From Botryllus schlosseri (taxonomy: Eukaryota): a stretch of DNA of 64,000 nucleotides. Location of the stretch: the NCBI GenBank assembly GCA_051294905.1, contig CM119383.1, positions 11,718,001 to 11,782,000 of the forward strand, given 5' to 3'. A program made the position numbers and the translations under genes. The notes below the pieces were generated by a model. That model made no database searches and was not told the origin of the DNA. It worked only from the letters and a program-made list of their open reading frames with translations. Within the stretch, counting starts at the first letter, position 1, and the number at the start of each line of letters is the position of its first letter. Positions 15,001 to 28,500 of this stretch are shown here, one piece after another.

Positions 15001-15297
15001 TGCCTAAAATCTGTAAGTAGAAGAGGGAGCACTCTAAAAGCGCAATTGCTTCAGTTGATACTGCACCAGGTCGCATGAAATCTTTCTGGCGATGAAGTAC
15101 TGCCTATGATATGGCTCTTCTGATCTATCCATCATATAATGGCATCGCGATACCCAAAACTGAGAAGGGCCTCAGATTAATTTGTTAATTACCCTCTGAA
15201 AGTGTACACTTAACATTTTTTTTCATTCCAGACCGATATCCTGGAATCCAACATCGATGGAGCCGGAGAAGATGGCGACTTTGACACTGAAGTCTGA
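1..15297 (+). CDS. SYDE: SYD-1/SYDE/RhoGAP100F-type Rho GTPase-activating protein (PDZ-C2-RhoGAP), 5' end outside window
   Basis: Phase-consistent exons: <1-1210, 3772-3868, 4792-4885, 4949-5099, 6827-6981, 8315-8491, 8550-8696, 9761-9887, 10395-10487, 11997-12279, 13268-13416, 14291-14463, 15232-15297 (TGA). Motifs: PDZ C-terminal half ([24 protein letters not shown]), C2 domain ending [14 protein letters not shown], Rho[13 protein letters not shown] (arginine finger), [19 protein letters not shown] and [17 protein letters not shown], all typical of SYDE proteins. The low-complexity exons (3772, 4792, 14291) are supported mainly by splice signals and phase. Confidence 0.92.
12516..12571. repeat. 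Degenerate (TGTGT)n microsatellite
   Basis: Direct pentanucleotide repetition; it explains the CCVVL-type ORFs on both strands. Confidence 0.9.
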
Positions 15298-16530
15298 GAC
15301 GTCCGCCTTCCGTCCCTACACACTCGATTACCTCATCGACACAGCTTGCTAAGCATTGTATTGCATCTTTTTTCCTTTGTTCCTTCTTTTTTTCTTTTCC
15401 CAGTGTTTTTCGTTACGGTGACTATTAGCCTTGATCAAACTAGTTGTATTATCCTGACTGTACAAACGAAGAGTATCAAGGTACTATTATTTTTCTTTAC
15501 TGCCAAGTCATATATAAGAGTAGTTCTCTATGAGTACCATACACAACAAGACAAGAATAGATTCTAATTTCACTTTGTTCAATGTACAATTACATGATGG
15601 TGCTGAAACGAATTTGAGACTCTTTGTTTGCGTGTGCCCAGGGGTGAGTTGCAGAGCGGGGATAGTCAGTAGTAACACAGTTCTTCTATGTCATACTTGA
15701 ATGTTTATGATTTTAGAAACAGTTCCCAGTTGTTCGGCAGAAGCAGGACAAGACTAGTCACTATTGGTGTACAATCGATAGCTACTGTGACAACCTCTTC
15801 TCCACGCTGACCTGCATTTAGGAATTGTTGACGAAGTGCACACAATCTGGATACATCTGCCTTAATTCAATATCAATCATTTCTTGGAATATAAATCATC
15901 CTGCCCAATGCATTGTGTTTCTAGGCAGATCTTTGCAACTAAATAATCAGTACACTGTTTACCCTGATAAAATATCAAATATCTGGCATCGTTCTGGATG
16001 ATTGCAGTGTATTACATTGGTATCATCTTCCCCAAAAATATCATATGTGTCTACTATACTCTAAATTTGATTTGATAACCATTGTACAGTGGGCCAGTGA
16101 AAATAGATTATTTTTTTGCTAAATGTCGAATATAATGTAAGAAAAAAGAACTATAAAAACCTCTGAGGAACATACACAGTCATAAAGTTGCGTTCTCCGC
16201 TGCTATACAAGTATAACTAAGTCATACATAAATGTCGCATATTTGGCACGTTACCGACGGCACAGCTACTGTCAGATACAGTTATTACTTCAGAACAGTG
16301 AAAAGAGTAATAATTGTCAATCCATTGCAAGCTAAATGAAATATATTCTGTTGAAATTCGTAAGTGCGGTGAAAAAGATAACACAGTGCGATCTAAGGCA
16401 GAACTACCGCATGAGATGAAGAGCTTCACTAAAAAGTTCCCATTTGAACTAATTTACAATCTGCATATCGTGTGAAGGATATCGCTTCACCGGCACGCGC
16501 GGTACTCCGTGACGAGTCTGGAATAGGTTT

Positions 16531-19500
16531 TCACCACCTGTAGTTCTTTCCGCGCCATTCCCTGTACTTTTTCGAATATCCTATTACCGTTGGCGGACCG
16601 TCGCTCTGGCGTCGGCTAAATTCTGTTTGACGTGGCGAAAATGTAGATCTATACGTCAAAATAAAATAAAAGAATTATTGAATTTGGTAACCGAAGGCAA
16701 AAAAAAATATGAAAGTTTGACAAATACATGCAAGCCAAAGATGCAATACCTGAGATATGAGATAAGCAGATGTAGGAATCACAAGGCATGTCAAAACTAC
16801 TTGAAGTGGAAGTGAAAATGAAAGATCTGACAAGAACGAAAGTAAGTAGCTTCAAAAAGTAGATTAAGTCGAAGGGTCACATACTTATAGCCGTAAATTA
16901 AAGGCAGCTGCTTTCAAAATTGCAAGATGTATCATTGCATCTAATGAAAATTGACTATAATGACACTAAAAACAGACGGAATCTTGGAAAATGTTTTGAG
17001 TTCCCGTTTTACCTAGGCTATTTCACTCATAAAAGTTACATGAATTCATTCTATATTTCGAAATTGTAAAAAGAGCTTCTTGGAGGCACAGACCTTTAAT
17101 ATACAATTGAATAGTATAATCTGAAGCCAAATATTTCCGGCTGTCAGCAACTAGTAGAGAATTTAAAAGAACATTTCATATCATCAATCGTATCACAAGA
17201 TATGACATCACCGGCATGGAATTTCGAATAATCGTGGCGAAGAGAGCGCGTTCAATGTACTATTTTAGATTTAGATCCTTCTGTAGGCACAGAATTGGTT
17301 GGTACACATAACCACTTAAGTAACTAATGAAGCAGCAAAACACACTTGTGTACTGCTACCCCTACTCTTGCATTACTTACTTTCTGCCATACGCGTCCAG
17401 TCCGTCGCACGAAAACGAAGCCCTCAATTTGACAGGCTGCAATTCGACACCATGAGTGAACTGATATACAATCAACAAGCAGTCTTTGCACAGCTGTGCA
17501 ACTCTGACAGATATGCCTTGGTCTGTGTGGGACATATTTTGCTTTCCGCGCGTCAAAGATTTTTCCCAGGAATTTCTTTGAAGAAATCTTAACTGAGTAA
17601 TGAAAATATTGGAAATTTCGATCTTTAAATACCTAGGTGTCGTGAAACAGCTCCATAAGCCGTGCCCGTGACATGATAGCATCAGGTTGAGTACGCGATT
17701 GATGAGAGACGTTGTTTTCTGGTACTTTGGATCCGACGCCAACTGCTTGCAGTGGATGATACGATTGACGTTATGACGGACAATATCGATAACCTGGTCA
17801 TGAGAGAGAGAGAGAGATCAGATTCATTTTCACCTGCACCATCGAGATGCTCTGACGATGGAGATTCGATACGACCTTCAAGCAAGGTCATCTAGTCTGC
17901 ACCACCGTATTTTCTCCTCCATGCTATCCATGGATGTTGAGCGCCCAGCAGGATAGCCACGGATACCAGTTTTCGAGTCTTTGGTCTGACCCGGCCGGGG
18001 ATTGAGCCCACAACCTACCGATCAAGAAGCCGGACGTATCACCATTACACTATCTCGCTCGACAAGAAAGACATCTCAGTATCAAATAATGTAACATGTG
18101 CACTGTGCTATCTGTGAATGATTTTATTTGCTGGCAACCTTTTGTCATGTGGAAAGTGTTCAATGATGAATTTGTGGATGGATAGTAGGATTGTAATAAA
18201 TTCAAAAATTTCAATCATCTCTGGGTCGGCTTCTACCAGTTGGAATTAAGCCAAATTTAGTGTGCAGCGTTTCTTTAGGCAACCTGACAATTTAATCAGT
18301 GAATCCCCGGTATCCCCAGAATTTTTGAATAACCCTACTGGCCAGTATATCACTTAAACAGACTACACAGTGCCTCCGTCACAAATATTCTTTTTTATTA
18401 CAAAAGGTGTCACCAGTTTTTAGCAAATAATGTAGGCATGATTTGTTAAAAAGTACAATTTCGAGCCCTCGATAACTTTCAGGGTACAAACATCGCTGGA
18501 AATTGAGTAAAATTTCCCAACCCTGTGCTGGTCAATACTGCATGCATAAAAATAGTGGGTACTTTCATATTTTTGTGTTGAAGCCCAATGTGCTGAGGTA
18601 CATAAATTTAAATTGAAACCGCACTCACAAAAGTGTGTAACTATAGAATGAAATAAAGATACCGACAGGAAGTTAATTGCAGAACCAGTAGTTTTTACGT
18701 GTCTAAATATTTTTACAACCAGCAGGAAAAACTGGATAAGAGAATGATGCCGTTATAGTACGTTGTTCATACTGAACCACTTCCTATTCGCACTCACCAG
18801 ATTTTACCGTTTTCATCAAACCACAACAACAGAAAAAAAATTCCCAACACATATTGAATCAGTAGGATAAGTATTTATTTTGAAATACTACTTGCATAAC
18901 GTGCGTTACCATCAAAACATACCTTTTCTCTCTTGCTCGAGTCCAGCTTAACCAGCCAATAGGACGCCAGCTGGGATTTATGCACGGTCCAGTTTTCTGT
19001 CATCTAAACAAATTGATGATATCGCACTTTAAGTTTCCGTGATGTTTCCAGTGCTGACCAAATACTCACATATTGTAAAATGCTTGCGGTCTCAGAACTG
19101 GTTTTCCCCGGAAACCTCAACCTCAAATTTTCCAGCAATCTCAATGTTTCCCGGTCGATATCTGAGGCGTTCTCGTTCAACGTTAAAGGATGAAGGCTTT
19201 TTACATCCGCCGAATCAGAGCTGTCTCTAAAAACCGACGAAAAACAGATACGAGACTGTCGATTTTACGGAAAAGAACCAAATTCCTCACATTAGTGGAC
19301 TTGATACGGCGGTACGCTCAATCCCAATACCTTGAAATTTGCCATCAGCTGTGGAAGGACGGCTACCGCCATAAAACTGCAAAGGTGAGTGTTTGTCTTC
19401 TTGGATTGTTGTTGGTATCTGAGTTGAACGGGATAACACATGAGACAACAATTGTGACAACTTCTTTCAGAAGTGAACTTCTATACATTTTCATTGTAGA

Positions 19501-22500
19501 AGTTTAAGTCATATTTATCATAATTAGGGGTTCTATTAATATTATCTGCATAACACACAATATATACTGTACAGTGAACGGCGATACAAAAGACACAAGA
19601 TGGATAGGATTTAAAGGTACTCTTCGAGGTACAGACCTTCAATATACAATTGAATAGTATATTCATATTTAAAGAAACCCAAATATTTTTGTCTGACACT
19701 CGCCAAGGGTGATCGTCAGCAACTAGTAGAGAGTAAGTGAATATATTTAAGTGATGTCACCATGGTGGAGTAGTTTATAATAATTAGGCAATGCCTACGA
19801 TAAGTTGTACAGAGATCGTGTTGCTTGTATCAGAACTTCATATAGAGGCAACTTATTTAGGCAAAAAGGATAGACAGACAGGCAGACAGACATTTTAATT
19901 CAACAATTGCAATCAAAATAAAATAAATTTTGGGGAGATATGATGGCTACAAGCTCCCGTTGATCTTCTAGTCAACTGCATTGATGGAGAATCAGATTTA
20001 TGCAATAATAAGTCGGAAGCGGTTGAGCTGAATGTTAGCAAAAACTATATACCCACTCTTTGAAGATAATAGATTTGATTAAAAAATATCCTGGATTTTC
20101 AATTGAGTGACTAAAAAATTAGTTTACTAATTCCACTTGGGAAGGAAATCACTTCCATCATGACACTTACTTTCAATCTGAACGCTGCCGACGAGCTTGG
20201 CCTCTGCGGAACTTTGTGCGACAAAGCAGACCTTGGAGGTGAAGGTGTGGGCGAAGAGGATTCCTTTAGTTTCTTTACTTTCTTCTTTGCTTTGAGTTCA
20301 ACGTCGAGCTCATCGATCATACTGATGACATCACTCTCCTGCAACGTAGCATCGGTTATTCTCTTAATTAATAACAAAGCACTTCTACTTTTATGGAGTA
20401 CTCTAGTATGTTTTTCCTACTGTGCTACTATCTCAAGTGGTTATGATTTAGACAATTGACATATCTGCTTGGCAGTTTCGGCAAGATAGCGTAATGGTGA
20501 AGCGTCCGGCTTCTTCATCGGTAGGTCGTGGGTTCGATCCCCGGCCGGGTCACACCAAAGACCTGATTAGTAACGCTGGTATCCAATGTTCCCTCTAATT
20601 TTTGATGAGGCTGCGCACACTCCCCAACCCACTGCGCAGACCCTTGGACAACAGTGCGTAACGACTAAAAAAAGGTCATCACTTCGGATTTTTTGTGCGC
20701 AACTTGGATTTTCTGTGCGTAGAGACCGTGTCAGCACTGCGCATTTGCACAGCTTCTTAGAGGCAGCATTGCTGGTATCCATGACTTCCCCGCTTGGCGC
20801 TCAACATTACCAGCATAGCATGGAGAGGTGGTGCAAGACTTAGAAAGCGTTACAGGGCTTTTTTTGCACCTTCCTTGTCCAGCAGCATATGCACTCATGG
20901 TATGCATATGCACATCATCCACTCATGGTATGCATATGCACAGATCGCGTGTATGTATATCGTATATCATGAGTTTGAAATTTCATGCTGGTGGCGTCAT
21001 ATTTTGTGATACGATTGTTGATATAGAATGTTCTTCCCAATTCTCTGCTAGTTGCTGACGATTACCTCTGACGAGTGTCAGCCGAAAATATTCGGGTTCA
21101 TTTCAATATGAATATACTATTCAATTGTATATTGAAGTTCTGTACCTCCAAGAAGCTCTTCAAATATCATGAGTTGTGTGTATATGCCGCAAAACATCAA
21201 AGGACAAAAATAAACAACGCCCTATTCCTAGTTTTCGGTGTTTTCGCCCAAAACTAGACCTAGAATACGTTCTATTTACTCGGAAATTGCGAGATTATTT
21301 ATACTTTAACTTGAACTTTAACTTGGTTACGTTGACCACCTCACAACGTAACGTCAGGTTTGAGTTTGTATCACAGCAAAACCACATATTTCATTTCTAT
21401 CACAAAATATTGGTAAACTCAAAGTGAAACTCATATCGACACTCAGACCATAATTAAGACCTGTGCGCGGCAAGACAATACATGGCACTACTTGAAGATC
21501 ATATTCATCTGGTTAGTACGACGAATAATTGAGCATAATACAATCTATTATGAATACAATCCCGGAATGCTCACAGACTGATATCTGTGCAAGTCCAGCA
21601 CATGTTTCTGATGCGTTTTGGAGGCGTTTGGAAGAAACACGCGGAACGATTCTCTGAGAAGATCCAAGTACCTGAAACAACGTAAGTATCGTACAAACGA
21701 GCGATTTTCGAATTACATTTCTGAGCAATTACTTGTTTTGAAGGTGGGTTTCGTACGAGGGAAAGAGTCGCGTGTAATTGTTCATGTGTTGATTTTCATG
21801 CTCCTCTCTGCTCCCATGTAATTTGGCCCAAAACAATTTTTCTTCCTGCGAAGTGAATTTGAAATTAGTACTTGAGAATGGTACTTACGTCAATAGTAAT
21901 TCACATCAGATTTTGCGCTAGTTGTGAAGATGGATTTTTTAATTGGAAAGTAGTAGTATCAGATTGAATGTCAATATACGTTTTAACACTACTCAATGAT
22001 TACTTTCTAGACTTCCATTCGCTACTTCCACTCGATAGAGTTGTGACATGTCTTGAAAATCACAACTTCAACTTGGCAATCGTGTACAATTTTGTGGCGT
22101 TCCTTCTAGTTCTACTAGATGGATAGCAGTTTGGATAGCAGATGAGTAAGCAGTTTTGGAAGGTAGTATATCTGCTGCCTCACCATTTCCCTACCGATTC
22201 AACTAGTTTGCTAGTCGGCGAGATATCGAATGAATATTGATTAATTGATCAAACGCAATCGGAGCTTTCGCAGTCGCATCAATGTATCAGTTTGAATATA
22301 CTTGCAAACCCTTTTGATATTCCATTAAACTGCCGACCAGAGCAATACAAAGCTCCCTCAATCTAGTGCAGTGGTTCTCAAACTGGGGGGCGTTAAAGCT
22401 GCTGAGGGGAGGCGCGAAGCCGCCTGAGAGAAATGATGTTTCTTGAACTCGGACTGCGTTTAATTTGTGCTGAAACTTCCGAGTTTCAGCAGTGGCAATA

Positions 22501-25500
22501 ATCCGATAAATAATAATCCGATTTTAAATGTCATAATTGCGTCGTACCATCCACACACTGATGCTAGATTTCGACTGATATCAAACCTTGCACTAATCAA
22601 GAAGATGTCCCTGAATGAATTGTACTTGGCAAATGCGTGTAGCTATGCCATTGTTTTTGGTACGTTTGAGCTAATCTCAAGTGGGGTAATAGATGGGATT
22701 AGGCACCAAAATTGCTAAAATATCTATATGCTACATGCTACCATTGCACAAGATTATGTTTAACAAAATATTCAACCCGAAATTATTTCGCGCTCCGAGT
22801 GATTTACCGCCAGCTCATAATTATTGTGTTGTGTGTAGTCCGAATTCCATATTTGAGAAGTAGTCTCAACGCTAACAGTCGTAGCACCTTCCATGCCACC
22901 AAACAATTCGTTGGGATTGCAAACATTCTGGTTGCTCTTTTCAATATTTTTTTACTATTACGATAAGGGGGCGCGCAATTTTTCACTGTCATCAAGCGGG
23001 GAGTTTGAGAACCACTGATCTAGTGGGTCATTTCCACACTGAGACGACAGAAATCTCTTACCAATACGCCTTTTCGTTTTGATAGAAGAACTTCTCGTGT
23101 TTGAGCTTCTGGACCTTTTGCTTCGTTACGTTGTTTGAACAGCCTTCGTTGCGAGTCTGCCTTCTGCTTAGCCATATGCCGTACCTTATCCCCTGGCCTG
23201 GGATGTACACAGCGAATGGAGAGCGCGTAAAATGAGGCGACGTAATTCAAAATTACTTTATATTAATCAAGTTCAACGCGTCCATGAGAACGCCGCTTTT
23301 AATCTCCATGTCAACGTTTTCGTCTGCAGTGAAACTTGGAGACCTGCACGGGAATGGGAACGACGATTGGGTAATCAGCAAAAGGAAATTGTTGATACCA
23401 TAATATGCCTAGCCGTTGAAGCTTTTAAGCATTCGCAGAAGTGCAGTATCACTGAAATACTATACTACAGGAGATAAACCCGAGACCTGAAGGTAATCAT
23501 GTAGGCGATCACTATTTGAGTAAAATATATTATAAATTCACAGTCGAGATTGCCAAGACTGGTCCAAATGAAGTCATGATAATTTTTTTGAGCATGCCAA
23601 TGTGTGTTGCTCCGAAATCAGGCCGTACTGCCCTAACAGACAAACACAGTTTCCACGCGCAAGTAAATCTCCACCTGTGACGCCAACTAACCTGTTCACT
23701 TCCAGCAACCATGGTTTCAATTTTCTGTCCAGTAGAATATCAAATCCCAGAACTGTAGTCGGTAATGAGTAAGGATGATGAATCGTGAAGACAGCATGAA
23801 ATTGAAATCTCACTTTCAAAGCATACGCTATCCGAATTGGGTTGCTGGCCTGGACGACTCGTCCTGTAGTTGTGAAGAAGGAACGGACTGGCAACTATGA
23901 GCGTCTTCATAACAACATTCTAGGAAAAAGATAGTACTATATAACTAGACAACGTACGATATAGCAAAAGCTTGAAAAACTAGTAGAAGATGATCGTTGC
24001 CAAACAATATTTGCGATAAACGCCCACAGTAATTTGCCAACAAGCAATAGGTGATGCTTGTGATACAGGAACGGATGTAATAATTTCTCAGGCTGTGACC
24101 TTGTGACTCGTGAACTGAATTACTCAGCTGCAATACTTCAACTTACGTTAGCATGGTGTATTGTAAGATAACTTTCCGACAGAACAGTTGAAGTAGGGAA
24201 TAAAACACTTGAGAAGGTCTACAGCTACTCAAACAGGTTGTTTGGGTAGACATACCAGTTTGCATAACATTCTTACAGATGATAAATAGTGTCGTAAGTA
24301 GCAGGAAGTTATGTGCTTCATCAACCGAAATGACACGATGTGTATATGTTCCCTTAGACCAGTGGTTCTTAACCTTGCCACCAGCGCCCCCCAGGGGGCG
24401 CTGGTGAACTTGAAGGGGGGCGGAAACGCTCAGGGGGCGATATGGGGGGCGCTGGGCTCAGGGGGGCGGTATGGGGGGCGCTGGAGAAAAATGGCTTCGC
24501 AGTAGATGATGTGGTGATAGGACATATCCTTAATGAGTATTCAGAGCAAATTAACACCGAAAACGTCGTTACATATAGCCTTCAAAATACATATAGGTTT
24601 AATTGTCCATGAACGCCTAAATGACTGACACCGAATGTACCTGTCTTGGCAATCAGAACCCCAGAAGACGAATTCCATCTGGCAGGTAAAAATTATATGT
24701 CAGTAAGGAAATATCAATCTGAAATCGTTTGCGTCTTTTAGTTTAGTACGATTGGGCGACAGGTATATTCCTGTTGGACGATATCCCCGTTGAGCGATTC
24801 TATATTTTTTGATATTGCAGACAGGGGGTCACGAAATAACATCATGCAACGAAGTCATACCAACGGGTTCGCCCGCCCGAATATGTTTAATTATTAGTAA
24901 CGGGCCCAACAGTTTCCAAGAAACCTCACAATGTTCGCTTTAAGTTTTGATGAGTCTGCGCACACTCAACAACTCACTGCGCTGACCCTTGGACAACAGT
25001 GCGTAATGACTAAAATAAGGTAATAACTCCGGATTTGTTGTGCGCAACGTAGATTTTCTGTGTGCAGAGACCGTGTCAGCACTGCGCGCGTGCGCAGCTT
25101 GGAGGGAACATTGCACCTCACTTAGCTCTACCGGTAAATGTGTTTACGTGAGCAGAGAGAGGATAAAAATTGATCTCAATTTACATGCAATTCCCGATGA
25201 TATTGACCAATTCAATCATTAATTAGTGAAATTTTTCGCACTTCGCGCGAATAGGCGAGAATAGCTGCCTCAGTAAATGGACACGCAATGTAGATACCTA
25301 ATAGGCTATCAGCAAATAGCGGACAGCCTAGTGGGGGTCTGGGAGTGAAGTCCCCCGGAAGTTTGGTTTATCACCCGATGGGGGCCCAGGACCAACATTT
25401 TTTGTTTGGGGGGGGCCTGTTACGGCCCTGGTAACGAATAATTGTACCTGCGGGCACGCCCGAATATGTTTAATTAATAATTACGTGCCCTGTATTTTCC

Positions 25501-28500
25501 TATACAACAGCTCACTCAGAGCTACTGGTAAATCTGATTACGTGGGCTGAGAGGATAAAAAGTTTATATAGCGACTTATATATGTAATTATCACCTATCC
25601 ATTCATGCATTATGGAAAAGTTTGGTACTTAGGGCGACCAGGCCACACAAACTTTGCTGACCATCAAATCACGATATGGGGTTCGTGGGGGCGAAGCCCT
25701 TAGAAGTTCGGTTTATCACGCTATGGGTGCGCAAGGCAATCGTTTTTAGGGGGGTTAACGAAGTGCTGTTACGGCCCTCCCTCTTACTCATTGTCTTTAT
25801 TACATTCCTTAAAATATGAAGTTGGGGGGGGGGGGGGGCGCTGGAGCACGATAATTTTTGAAAGGGGGCGCTGGAAGAAAAAAGGTTAAGAACCACTGCC
25901 TTAGACAATAATTACGACTGGGTCGATCCATTTAGTGATAGATATGTGTATTACATAACCAATTGACCATACACATTCCACCAGCATTTAAGGATGGCAG
26001 TAGCGTTATTTTCCCACAAGATATTATTTTTTTAGCTCAAAACCAGAATTTGATATTCGAATTGCCATTTGAAGAGCTTCTTGGAGGTACAGAACTTCAA
26101 TATACAATTGAATAGTATTTTCATTTTGAAATGAACCCGAATATTATCGGCTGACATTCGTCAGGGGTAATCGTCAGCAACTAGTAGAGAATTGGAAATA
26201 ACATTGTACATCAACAATCGTATGAGTGTCAGCCGAAAATACTCGGGTTCATTTCAATATGAATATACTATTCAATTGGAAATTGCCATTCCATTGTCAC
26301 ATAGTTAAGGTGTAAGACAGTCCTGATTTTTTTGTGGATAGCTATTGAGTCAGTATAACAAATATTACATTTTCAGAGTACTCAACCTTCAAGAATACTT
26401 GCACTCCTACTGAAACAGATTTTAAGGCAAAACTACATGGCTTTTACACTCTGTATTATGAAAAGTAAAAGTAATCTCGCGATGAGCTTGCATGAGTTTT
26501 ACGAGTGAAATTTTGCAAGAACTGTGTGAAATACTATCACTATCATGATAACTGAATATATATTTTTGAAAGTTGCATGCTCATATGTCCACGGCCCCTC
26601 GGCGAAATCTAATCTTTTAAACTATTCAAGTACTATTCGAGGACTATCGTATTTTGGATATTTTTAGTGTCATCGGACAAACATTATACATCATTGAACT
26701 TAAATATCCATTGAATGATGTATACATATTGAAATTAACCCGAATATTTTTGGCTGACACTCATCAGGGGTGATCGTCCGCAACTAGTAGAGAATTGGAA
26801 AGAACATTGTATATCAATAATCCATTTTGTCACCACTTCTACTAGAGTAGCAACGCTAACCACTTCTGCTGGTAATCAACCCATATCGTGTTATCGACCG
26901 AGTTTCCTTGTGCTGGGAAGCCACAAACTGTCAGGGTCTGTCAACAGGCGTTACATAAAATATTAAAAAGTAAGACACTAACGGTAATCTGCCTCCACAG
27001 CAGTCCGGTGTTGCACCCGGCAGATTTCAAGGACTTCATGAGCGACAGTATGCTGCGTTTGCTGCCGCGGTCCGCGCCGTGATGCCTTTCGAAATTCTTG
27101 TTGCGCTTGTTCACCGAGTAATTGGTCAGGTGCATGAAAAACGAGCTCTGTGAATGAAAGAACATAATACAGAAGATGCATCTTAGTTGTTATGACAATT
27201 TGACCCATAAAAGTTTGCATAACTACTACTCCCAAACTACTTTCTACTTTAAAAAAATATGAATTGCAAAGACTAAGTAAGTCAGTCTAAAATAGTAAGA
27301 CCAAAAATGAAAACTGGAAGTTGAAGTAGTCTATAACCACAACCCTTATGTGTAGTGCAGGTATGTAAAACCTACTTGAATACTCCAAAAAGCAGAATTA
27401 ATTCACTACTAACCACCTCTAAATATAAGATCATGGAAACACCTCATAATTTAAAGATTCTATGTCCCACATTTTAATGAGCATGATTATAAACTGCATG
27501 TTCAAAGATAAACTATATATCTTTGGCAAGCGAAATATAAATTACATATATGTACCAAACTTTTGTCTAATTGAGGAACCAGTAATGGAACCAGACATTT
27601 CAAATCCACGAATGCAGCTGTCTTAAAAAAAATTTCGAAGACACCCACCATATTGTCGTGTGACGGACTGGTGTACTTTTCCGTGCCGAGACGAACCAAG
27701 CCATCACGATATATGAATGCTTTCAGCGGGTCGCAATGGGTCACCAGTACGTATATTCGCAGGTCGATTTTATAGCCGTCTAATACGTAAGGCTGGTCCA
27801 GGTACTCTTGCACTATCAAATTCTCGTTAGGAGGCAGTTGTGTCGGGTTTTGGAACAGATGAATTCTGCAATGTAGGTGCATTATGAGTAATGGAAATGA
27901 TCGAAGGTGGTCAAGGTAGTCAGCATTACTACTAAAGTAGCAGTAACAATGTAAATCTCTACTGAATTACAAGTGGAAGTAGAATACGAAAGGTCTGAAC
28001 AATATAGCGGTCTAACTAAAAAACTGTTCCAGTAGAAATGGGAGTTGTCCAAAAATGAAACCGCTTGATTAAATACCGCAATTATGCAAAATATACTTGG
28101 ATACTCTGAAAAAGTGGAATTAATTTGGTAATGATTCACTCCACCTGTACAAAAAGACCAAAGTAAGTCTATCACAGTTTACAGTTGAACCTTCCGGCAA
28201 TATATGGAGTCATATCATCATATCAATTGCTACATGATACGAAGCAAAATCAGTTATCAAAATATTCAAGAAATACCAAGTAAATTAATATAATTTTATC
28301 AGTGTAAGAGTTTCGAACCAACCACATATCAACATCGAAGAGATAATCTTCTTACCCATTTCCCATTGCACCATTTTGAGGTTTGGCAATGAAAGTAGAT
28401 CTCTTCCCCTTTCTTTTGCGTTCTTTGTAGTGATTTAAAAGGAGATGGTACTCGGCTGGCATCACCCACGTCTCAGGTACAAAGTCAAACTCTTCGGGTC

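Noticed and set aside
20480-20555. tRNA gene
   Set aside because: A and B boxes are present but the acceptor stem does not pair, and the sequence continues into a body shared with a second copy; it is a SINE head.
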